From: an uncultured Actinomycetes bacterium
Lineage (GTDB): Bacteria; Actinomycetota; Actinomycetes; Streptosporangiales; Streptosporangiaceae
Direction of reading: 5' to 3'
DNA length: 64,000 nucleotides
NCBI GenBank assembly: GCA_963851025.1
Contig: CAWKOA010000031.1
Span: forward strand, 19,374-83,373
The notes below the pieces were generated by a model, which ran no database searches, was not told where the DNA came from, and saw only the letters and a program-made list of their open reading frames with translations. The position numbers and the translations under genes are program-made. Positions 9,605 to 16,517 of the stretch are shown in pieces (positions within the stretch are counted from its first letter, which is position 1; each line of letters opens with the position of its first letter).

Positions 9605-10417
9605 ATGTGCGCGACCTGCGGCTGCGGCGTGGCCGGCGTCCGGGTGTTCGGCCCGGGCCAGCTCGGCCCGGACGGCCACGACCACGCGGACGGCCATGAC
9701 CACGGAACCGATCACGCGCCCAGCCACGACCACGACCACGGCGGGCCCGCGCACGAGCACGGGCTGGACGGCCGCACCGTCCAGATCCAGCAGAACATCC
9801 TGGCCAAGAACGACCGCCTGGCCGGGGACAACCGGGCCTGGCTCACCGCCCGCGGCATCCTGGCCGTCAACCTGATGAGCTCACCGGGGGCCGGCAAGAC
9901 GACGCTGCTGGAGCGCACCGCCCGCGAGGCCGGCCCCGGGCTGGGCCTGACCGTGATCGAGGGCGATCAGGAGACCACGCTGGACGCGTCCCGCATCGAG
10001 GCGGCGGGCTGCGCGGTCGCGCAGATCAACACGGGCGCGGGCTGCCATCTGGACGCCAGCATGGTGGCCCGCGGGCTGCGCGCGCTCGACCCGCGCCCCG
10101 GCTCGGTGCTGGTCATCGAGAACGTCGGGAACCTGGTCTGCCCGGCCCTGTTCGACCTGGGCGAGGCGGCCCGCGTGGTGCTGTCCTCGGTCACCGAGGG
10201 CGCCGACAAGCCGGTCAAGTACCCGCAGATGTTCCGCGGCGCGGACCTGGTCCTGCTGACCAAGGTGGACCTGCTGCCGTACGTGGATTTCGACACCGGG
10301 CGGCACGCGCGGGACCTGCGGCTGATCAGCCCCGGCGCGCGGATCCTGCCTCTCTCGGCCACCTCGGGCGAGGGCCTGCCGGCCTGGTACGCCTGGCTCG
10401 CCGAGCGCGCCCGCTAG
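9605..10417 (+). CDS. hypB: Nickel metallochaperone GTPase HypB with a His-rich N-terminal stretch
   Basis: MCATCGCG, His-rich HDHADGHDHGTDHAPSHDHDHGGPAHEHG, P-loop SSPGAGKTTLL, ENVGNLVCPA, TKVDLLP. Confidence 0.9.
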   Translation: MCATCGCGVAGVRVFGPGQLGPDGHDHADGHDHGTDHAPSHDHDHGGPAHEHGLDGRTVQIQQNILAKNDRLAGDNRAWLTARGILAVNLMSSPGAGKTTLLERTAREAGPGLGLTVIEGDQETTLDASRIEAAGCAVAQINTGAGCHLDASMVARGLRALDPRPGSVLVIENVGNLVCPALFDLGEAARVVLSSVTEGADKPVKYPQMFRGADLVLLTKVDLLPYVDFDTGRHARDLRLISPGARILPLSATSGEGLPAWYAWLAERAR

Positions 10418-10478
10418 GCCTTAAAACCCCAGGCCATTCCGCAACGAAGACCGCCCCGGCCCGGCCCTTCTGGCCCCG

Positions 10479-10500
10479 CCATCAATGGTAAATGGACCGC
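10479..10500. repeat. Left copy of an imperfect direct repeat CATCAAT-GGTAAATGGAC flanking the HATPase gene
   Basis: ccatcaatggtaaatggaccgc at 10479-10500 versus catcaattcgtaaatggacgcc at 11304-11325. Both lie in AT-rich patches. Confidence 0.4.
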
Positions 10501-10660
10501 AAATTAACGGTGAGCCATTATTGGTGACGTTCCGTGTCTTATTCAAACGTGGCGTTATTCAAATGATCATGAACGGTTGGCATCGCCCTGACCTGCACCG
10601 GCCGCTCGGGCAGGTCCTCCGCACCTGCCCGCGCTACCCGGTTTGAGCAATGCTCCGGCG

Positions 10661-11203
10661 TCAGGCGGGATTCCAGTCGAGCCGGAACCACACGGCCGTG
10701 CCGCGGGTGGAACCGTCCCGGTAGGTGTGGTGGCCCCACCAGGCCGCCAGCGTCTGGACGGTGAGCAGCCCGTGCCCGGATTCCGCGAGCCTCCCGGGCG
10801 GGCCCGGGGACGGCGTGGGGGTGGTGGCGGACCCGTCGTCCAGCACGGCCACGCACGCGGACGTCCGCCCGCACCACACGAGGACCTGGAATTTCCCGCT
10901 CAGGCCGGTCCGGGTGTGCCGGATCGCGTTACTGGCCAGTTCCGACGCGCAGAGCAGGGCGTCGTCCACCACGGGACAGCCGTCCAGGACCCGGGCCACG
11001 AACCGGCGGGCCTGCGCGACCTGGTCCGGCCGCCCCGGGAACACGCGCCGTTTCGGCGTGGTGACCAGCCACGCGCCGTGCCAGGCCAGCTGGGTCAGCG
11101 AGCCCGCCGGCCGGGTGTGCGGCGGGACACCGGACGGCACCGGCGGCGCGAAAGCCGCCGCGGCCCGGGCCGCGGGGGCGGCAGTTGGTGAGCTGCCCAA
11201 CAT
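10661..11203 (-). CDS. ATP-binding regulatory protein (anti-sigma-factor-like HATPase_c_2 family), orphan copy
   Basis: MLGSS...RRVFPGRPDQVAQARRFVARVLDGCPVVDDALLCASELASNAIRHTRTG...FQVLVW...ACVAVLDDG...ESGHGLLTVQTLAAWWG. GGAGAGG lies upstream of the ATG at 11203. Confidence 0.75.
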   Translation of the reverse strand: MLGSSPTAAPAARAAAAFAPPVPSGVPPHTRPAGSLTQLAWHGAWLVTTPKRRVFPGRPDQVAQARRFVARVLDGCPVVDDALLCASELASNAIRHTRTGLSGKFQVLVWCGRTSACVAVLDDGSATTPTPSPGPPGRLAESGHGLLTVQTLAAWWGHHTYRDGSTRGTAVWFRLDWNPA

Positions 11204-11303
11204 GTCGCCTCTCCCCATCGAGATGTGGTATGTCCGCTTTTGCCTCCCCCACTCTGCCGGTAACTGGTGCTGTTTTGCTAGAGGCTGGATGCACAAAAGG
11301 CAT

Positions 11304-11325
11304 CATCAATTCGTAAATGGACGCC
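11304..11325. repeat. Right copy of the imperfect direct repeat flanking the HATPase gene
   Basis: See the 10479..10500 entry. 16 of 18 aligned positions are shared, with a 1-nt gap. Confidence 0.4.
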
Positions 11326-11370
11326 GTGCCGGTTGACTTTGCCCCCGGGGCCAGCCCCAGCATCGGGGCT

Positions 11371-12273
11371 CATGACCGGCCGTTCCTGGCGCCTGTGCCC
11401 GCCCCCCGGCTTCGCGGGACCGGGGCCGCCCCGCCTGGCTCCCCCGCAGCCAGGGCCACCCAGCCCGCTATCGCGCCCGCCGCGTTCCGCCGGCTCGCGT
11501 CCGCGGCCACGATCTCCGGCCTCGGGGACAGCGTCACCCAGGTCGCGGGCGCCCTGCTGGCCCTGTCGCTGACCCGCAGCCCGCTCCGCCTGACCGGGCT
11601 GCCCGCCGCGGAGCAACTCCCCTGGGCCCTGGGTGCCCTGCCCGCCGGCGCGGGCGCATCCGCCCGGGTCCCCCGCGGCACCTGGCGGGCATCCATTGGG
11701 CGAGGGCCTGGCCTGGCTGCCCGGGCACCGGCCGCTCCGTGCGCTGGCCCTGGCCGCGGCCCTGTCCAACCTGGGGCTGGGTGCCCTGTTCTCGGTGTTC
11801 ACGTTGTTCGCCCGGGCCCGGCTGGGCAGCGGCCCGCTCGGCTACGGCGTGCTGCTGGCGGTGATAGCCGCCGGGGGCCTGCCCGGCGGCCTGGCCGCGG
11901 GCCGGGTGATCCCGGCCGTGGGCGCGGGCCCGGCGCTGCGGGCAGAACTCGTCCTGGAAGCGCTCAGCTACCTGGGCCTGCTGCTCACCCGGAGCCCGGG
12001 GGCGGCGGCCGCGCTGCTGGCCTTCCTGGCCGCGAACCTGACCCTGTTCTCGTCCGTGGGCGCGGCGCTGCGGCAGTCCCTGGCCCCGCCCGGGATGCTG
12101 GTCCGGGTCCAGGGCGCCTACCGGGCGGTCAGCAACGGCGGGATGCTGGCCGGCGCGGCCCTGGGCGGCCTGCTCACCACGGTGGCCGGCCTGACGCCCC
12201 GCTCTGGCTCGGCCTGGCCGCCAGCACCGCGGTCAGCGCCCTCACCTGGCGCGCCTTCGGCACCCTGCGCTAG
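11371..12273 (+). pseudogene. MFS transporter (MFS_3/EntS-like) remnant: frame breaks plus an apparent loss of central helices
   Basis: Pieces in three frames: FRRLASAATISGLGDSVTQVAGALLALSLTRSPLRLTGLPAAEQLPWALGALPAGA; LAWLPGHRPLRALALAAALSNLGLGALFSVFTLFARARLGSGPLGYGVLLAVIAAGG...MLVRVQGAYRAVSNGGMLAGAALGGLL; APLWLGLAASTAVSALTWRAFGTLR. The total span is about 300 codons, against the roughly 400 expected. Confidence 0.6.
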
Positions 12274-12433
12274 CGGGTCAGGGCCCGCTTCGTCCAGCGG
12301 CGCCCTCCCAGCCGGCTCGGTCCCGGACCGCGCCCACCCGGCCCGCAGGCAGACCGGGTGATCCAGCCGATCGCGCCGGCCGGATAGAGGCACAAAATCT
12401 GCCATTGCGCGCTGGCTGCGGTATGGCGTACTT

Positions 12434-13228
12434 TTGATTTTGGAGGGCTTGGGGGGTGTTTCAGCCTTGGCTGGTGACCAGCGGTGTGCTGCGTGCGGAG
12501 AGCAAAATAGGGATTTAGCCCGCTTTTGCCGCAATTGTGGTTCCCCGCTCGAGGTTTCTTCCGGGCAGGAATCGGTGGACCGCAGCCGGGACACCGATCC
12601 CGGGCCGGTCAACATTGGCCCAGAGCCGCCAGTGTACGAAACGGCCCCGGGCGCCAGGCGAGGGCGATCTGGGTGGTTTCCGGTCGCCGTGCCACTAGCC
12701 ATCGTCCTTTTGGCTGGGACGCTGGCGGTCGTCGGGTGGCAGACTCACTGGCCGCGCGCCATCTTCGGGGTCAGGCAGGCCGCCGCGGCGAAACAGATCC
12801 CGACGCGGCCGGTGTCCACTGCGGCTTCCGGAATTGCGGGCTCTGGCGGGTCCAGCTCGCCACCCGCTCCCAACTCGGCGGGATCAGGGAGCCCGACCGC
12901 ATCGGCCACGGCCACAGCCAGTGCCACTGGCCCGCCCGTAACCACGGCCGTCATCATCGTGAAGGAATACTTCGCGGCCATTAATCATGGGCATTACGCG
13001 AAAGCCTGGCGGCTGGGTGGCAGTAACTTCAGCCCTTCCTTCGCGGCCTATGTCGCCGGCTTCCAGGGCACTGTTCATGATGTCGTCACTATTATCTCGG
13101 TCAAGGGCAGTGTCGTGACCGCCGGCCTGTCCGCACTCCAGGCCGACGGTACCACAAAAGTCTACCAGGGTACCTACACCGTCGTTAATGGCGTCATCAC
13201 CAAGTCGAGCATTCGTCAGGTGTCCTGA
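12434..13228 (+). CDS. Zinc-ribbon membrane protein (N-terminal CxxC-x11-CxxC, one TM helix, Ser/Pro linker, small C-terminal extracytoplasmic domain)
   Basis: DQRCAACGEQNRDLARFCRNCGSPL; TM helix WFPVAVPLAIVLLAGTLAVVGW; C-terminal IIVKEYFAAINHGHYAKAWRLGGSNFSPSFAAYVAGFQGTVHDVVTIISVKGS...YQGTYTVVNGVITKSSIRQV. The start codon is uncertain (TTG at 12434). Confidence 0.7.
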   Translation: MILEGLGGVSALAGDQRCAACGEQNRDLARFCRNCGSPLEVSSGQESVDRSRDTDPGPVNIGPEPPVYETAPGARRGRSGWFPVAVPLAIVLLAGTLAVVGWQTHWPRAIFGVRQAAAAKQIPTRPVSTAASGIAGSGGSSSPPAPNSAGSGSPTASATATASATGPPVTTAVIIVKEYFAAINHGHYAKAWRLGGSNFSPSFAAYVAGFQGTVHDVVTIISVKGSVVTAGLSALQADGTTKVYQGTYTVVNGVITKSSIRQVS

Positions 13229-13275
13229 GCAGCATCAGCAGCCGGTGACCGGGGACCGCCGAAAGGGTTAGTTAA

Positions 13276-14397
13276 ATGACGTGCTCTAATTGCAGCAGGA
13301 CGATCGATCCTTCGTCGAGTTTCTGTGATTTCTGCGGCACCCCGGTGGAGACCGGGACCAGCGGGGATACGGCCGGTTACCGTGCGCCCTACTCCCGGGA
13401 GGCGCAAGGCGATCCCTGGGTCACCGGCCCGCCTGACCTGGGCCCGCCTGACCTGGGCCCGCCTGACCTGGGGCCGCCGGACATGGGGCCGCCCGACATG
13501 GGGCCGCCCGACATGGGACGGGCGGACGCGGGGCCGCCGGCGGTGGCCCCGGGCACGCTCCCCGTCCCGCAGCCCGGTGCTCCGCTCGACCGTCACTGGC
13601 CCGGCGGGCCAGCCGGAATGGGACCGGCCGGGACACCCGCCCCCAGGGCGGCGGAGGCGTTTCCCAGCCCGTCTCCTCCTCCCAGCCCCTCTCCTGCTCC
13701 CGGCCCGCCTGCTCCGCCCAGCCCCGCGGTCCTGCGCGGATCGCCCATCCTGCTCGGCTACCAGGAGCGCGTACTGCGGGAGTACGGGGCCGTGCAGTTG
13801 CGTAACCGGGCCCACGGTGAAGGCATCCTCTACGTCACCGATTCCCGGGTGGTCTTCTACGCCAAGGCCAGGGGCCGGGGCACGCAGCGCGGCAGCACAC
13901 TCATACAGCAGACCAACGTGGCCGACATCACCGGCATTACCGCGTACGTCTCCCGCCGGGTGAGCCTGGCCCTCTTCTTCCTGACCTGCATCTTCCTGCT
14001 GTTCGGCCTGTCTGCTCTCTTCGTGTTCCCCCCAGTAGCGATCTTCTGGTTCATCCTGGCCGTCATCTGCGTCATCGCGCTGGTGGGGGGCGCAGCCAGG
14101 CGCGGCAGCACCGGGGTGATCATCAATTCCCGCAACGACGGGCACAGCCCGATCTCGTTCGGGACGTTCCAGACCCGGCGTGGCTTCATCGGCAGCCTGA
14201 CCCAGGCGCTCGGTGCCCCGTTCTTCTCCCTGTTCGGCATCTTCACCGTGTTCGACGTGCTCGACGGCTACCCCGGGCGGGACTCCAGCCAGATCATCAG
14301 CGAGCTGGGCGCCCTGATCCTCGACATCCAGACCCGGGGCGATCTCGCCTACGACCATTACGGCCGGGAACATGACCAGCAGCCTGCCCGCGGGTAA
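13276..14397 (+). CDS. Zinc-ribbon / Pro-rich repeat / PH-GRAM-like / two-TM membrane protein
   Basis: MTCSNCSRTIDPSSSFCDFCGTPV; (GPPDL)3(GPPDM)3; GEGILYVTDSRVVFYAKARGRGTQRGSTLIQQTNVADITGITAYVSRR. Two hydrophobic helices: LALFFLTCIFLLFGLSALFVF and VAIFWFILAVICVIALVGGA. AAAGGG Shine-Dalgarno sequence before the ATG. Confidence 0.8.
   Translation: MTCSNCSRTIDPSSSFCDFCGTPVETGTSGDTAGYRAPYSREAQGDPWVTGPPDLGPPDLGPPDLGPPDMGPPDMGPPDMGRADAGPPAVAPGTLPVPQPGAPLDRHWPGGPAGMGPAGTPAPRAAEAFPSPSPPPSPSPAPGPPAPPSPAVLRGSPILLGYQERVLREYGAVQLRNRAHGEGILYVTDSRVVFYAKARGRGTQRGSTLIQQTNVADITGITAYVSRRVSLALFFLTCIFLLFGLSALFVFPPVAIFWFILAVICVIALVGGAARRGSTGVIINSRNDGHSPISFGTFQTRRGFIGSLTQALGAPFFSLFGIFTVFDVLDGYPGRDSSQIISELGALILDIQTRGDLAYDHYGREHDQQPARG
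13426..13515 (+). repeat. Six tandem 15-bp repeats (ggcccgcctgacctg x3, gggccgccSgacatg x3) encoding GPPDL/GPPDM; two degenerate units follow to 13545
   Basis: Read directly from the sequence. In frame within CDS 13276..14397. Confidence 0.9.
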
Positions 14398-14415
14398 GCC
14401 GGAAAGGCCACCAGC

Positions 14416-15768
14416 GTGACATCCATGCCCAGCGCCCGTGGTCCGGCAGAGGAGCAGGCGTGGGCCAAGGTGTCCCTGCTGGAGGGAATGACCGTCCAGG
14501 CGCCGCCGCAGGACGTTGGCCCCCGGAACGAGGGCCAGCCCATGCTGGCCATGGTGCCCGGGCAGTTCGGGCGCCTCTGGTTCGATGCCGAGTACCTCAG
14601 CCGCCACGTGCTCTTCCTCGGCGGGATCGGCACCGGCAAGTCGAATGCGATGTACCAGCTGCTCGACCCGCTGCGGCGGAGCGCCGGAAGGGACGACATC
14701 TTCGTTATCTTCGACACGAAGGGGGATTTCCTGGATAACTTCTACCGCGACGGGGACGCCGTTATCTCCAGCACCCCGGATAAAGACCAGGGCGGGGTAC
14801 GGTGGAACCTGTTCTGCGACCTGCTGGAGCCGGACGCCCACGAGCGCGCCGAGCAGGTCCACGAGATTGCCTCCACCGTGTTCGGCGAGGCCCTGGAGCA
14901 GGAGCGCGAGAACATCTTCTTCGCGATGGCCGCCCGGGACATCTTCGCGGCCGTGGTGGAGGCCATGTCCGGGCAAGGCAAGAATTATTCCAATGCGGAT
15001 CTGCGAAGCCAGCTCGAATTGCCCGCCGAGGAATTGCTCGAATTCCTGGACGTCGCGGAAAACCCGCACCTGGCCGGGGTGGCCCGGTACCTCGAGGGGG
15101 ACCGCAGGCCCGAGGACATCCTGGCCTTCCTGCAGCAGACGCTGAACAAATCGTTCTCCGGGGTCTTCCGCCTGCCCGGCTCTTTCTCGGTGCGCAACTT
15201 CATACGCGGCAAGGGCGCCCGGGCGCTCTTCGTCGAGTACGACATAGCGTCAGGGAACCGCCTGCTCCCGGTGTACCGCGTTCTTATTGACATGGCGATC
15301 AAGGAGGCACTCGGCCTGGGCCGGGCCAAATCGCCCGGGAACGTGTTCTTCGTTCTCGATGAATTCGCGCTCCTGCCCCAGCTGGCCCACATCAGTAACG
15401 GCATCAATTTCGGCCGGTCCCTGGGGCTGAAGTTCATCGTCGGAACGCAGAACGTCAACCAGGTCCTCAAGGCCTACGGGGCGGAGAGCGGGTCCAGCAT
15501 CCTGTCCGGTTTTGGCAGTGTCCTGGCCTTCCGGCTCATGGATGACGCCAGCCGTGAGCTGGTGCGCCAGCGCTTCGGCGCCAACCGCAAGCAGATCACC
15601 ATCAACGCCCATGTCAGGACGGAAGGGGTTCAGCAGCTCGTCGTCGCGGGAAACGTGATCGAAGACTGGGTGCTATCCAGCCTGATGGTCGGCCAGTGTG
15701 TCGTCTCGCTGCCCGAAGGCGGCCCTTTCTTCTTCGCCGTCCAGAGGTACCAGCCGCCGGGCCGGTGA
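14416..15768 (+). CDS. Soluble FtsK/HerA-superfamily P-loop ATPase with type IV coupling protein (VirD4/TraG/TraD/TrwB)-like motif order
   Basis: Walker A LFLGGIGTGKSNAMY (about 14620-14643). Walker B VFFVLDEFALLP (15343-15366). FIVGTQNVNQVLKAYG resembles the T4CP Q-motif. No N-terminal TM segment. GTG start 18 nt after the upstream stop, with GGAAAGG upstream. Confidence 0.85.
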   Translation: MTSMPSARGPAEEQAWAKVSLLEGMTVQAPPQDVGPRNEGQPMLAMVPGQFGRLWFDAEYLSRHVLFLGGIGTGKSNAMYQLLDPLRRSAGRDDIFVIFDTKGDFLDNFYRDGDAVISSTPDKDQGGVRWNLFCDLLEPDAHERAEQVHEIASTVFGEALEQERENIFFAMAARDIFAAVVEAMSGQGKNYSNADLRSQLELPAEELLEFLDVAENPHLAGVARYLEGDRRPEDILAFLQQTLNKSFSGVFRLPGSFSVRNFIRGKGARALFVEYDIASGNRLLPVYRVLIDMAIKEALGLGRAKSPGNVFFVLDEFALLPQLAHISNGINFGRSLGLKFIVGTQNVNQVLKAYGAESGSSILSGFGSVLAFRLMDDASRELVRQRFGANRKQITINAHVRTEGVQQLVVAGNVIEDWVLSSLMVGQCVVSLPEGGPFFFAVQRYQPPGR

Positions 15769-15773
15769 AACGC

Positions 15774-16481
15774 TCAGTGGATTCGGGGTCCCGAGTAGGG
15801 CGGGGCCACCCGCAGGCCCGGCTCGGCGCGGTCAGCGATGTAATGAACCGTGATCACCTCGACCGCCCGGACCGTCGCGTCGCCCCATTCGACGGCGTTG
15901 TGGGCTACGGCATGAGGACCGGCCCCCGCCATGGCCAGGGTCACCGCCAGGAGAAGCCCCCTGACCTTGCCGAGTGCTTTCCGGGCCTTCCGCCGCCAGG
16001 CCGGGCTCCCGGCGGGACGTGACGCGTCGCCGATCTGGCTCGCCAGCCCGCACACTTCCGCCTGAAGGGACTTCACCCGGTCAGCCGCCTGGCTGAACAA
16101 CTGCTGGCGCCCCATCCGGGGAAAGCGCCGGGCCGTGGCTGCGACCTTCTCGCGTGCTTCGTCCACGAGCGACTCCGGGACCACGACCCCGCCCTGGCTG
16201 GCCCGGGCCAGGGCATCCTTCAGCGCCGGGCCGAGAAAGCTGGCCAGCTCCTTCTGGGTGGGCACCAGGTCCCTGATGGGGATGTCACTTGCGGGGCGGG
16301 CCTGGTCCCACCAGGCGTCGGCCAGCCAGTCCTTGAGCAGGTCGCATGCTTCGGCGCAGCCCTGAGCTAACAGCCTGTCCTGTTCCGGCCCCGGCAAGGT
16401 GCTGCTGGCGGAGGTCCTGGTGACCGCCTCGCCAATGTGGGCTTGCACGAGGGCGATCCGCTCGACAGTCACGCTGGGCAC
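15774..16481 (-). CDS. Hypothetical helical protein with one C-proximal TM helix, 36 nt downstream of proS
   Basis: ORF of 235 aa. GGGGGGA lies 5-6 nt before the GTG start. LLLAVTLAMAGAG is a hydrophobic segment near the C-terminus. No recognisable family. Confidence 0.6.
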   Translation of the reverse strand: MPSVTVERIALVQAHIGEAVTRTSASSTLPGPEQDRLLAQGCAEACDLLKDWLADAWWDQARPASDIPIRDLVPTQKELASFLGPALKDALARASQGGVVVPESLVDEAREKVAATARRFPRMGRQQLFSQAADRVKSLQAEVCGLASQIGDASRPAGSPAWRRKARKALGKVRGLLLAVTLAMAGAGPHAVAHNAVEWGDATVRAVEVITVHYIADRAEPGLRVAPPYSGPRIH

Positions 16482-16517
16482 GATGTTCCCCCCTGGCCGG
16501 CCGAAGTCTCTTCGAGC

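Noticed and set aside
9620-9760. His/Asp-rich repetitive stretch at the HypB N-terminus as an anomalous repeat
   Set aside because: His-rich nickel-storage stretches are a known, normal feature of many HypB proteins.
13426-13545. Tandem repeats (also 22578..22658 and 50644..50724) considered as possible CRISPR arrays
   Set aside because: The units are contiguous with no unique spacers, are only 15-27 bp long, and two of the three tracts are in-frame coding repeats. No cas genes are present in the window.
13216-15069. 617-aa minus-strand ORF antisense to the zinc-ribbon/T4CP-like operon
   Set aside because: Shadow ORF. The plus-strand genes carry the zinc-ribbon, TM, Walker A and Walker B motifs, whereas the antisense product is low-complexity (RRAG/PGR repeats).
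12434-16481. T4CP-like ATPase locus as part of a conjugative element or T4SS
   Set aside because: No relaxase, VirB4/VirB-type, TraB/FtsK-type, replication or integrase genes lie within 10 kb. There is no flanking tRNA, no direct repeats and no GC shift. The flanks are housekeeping genes.
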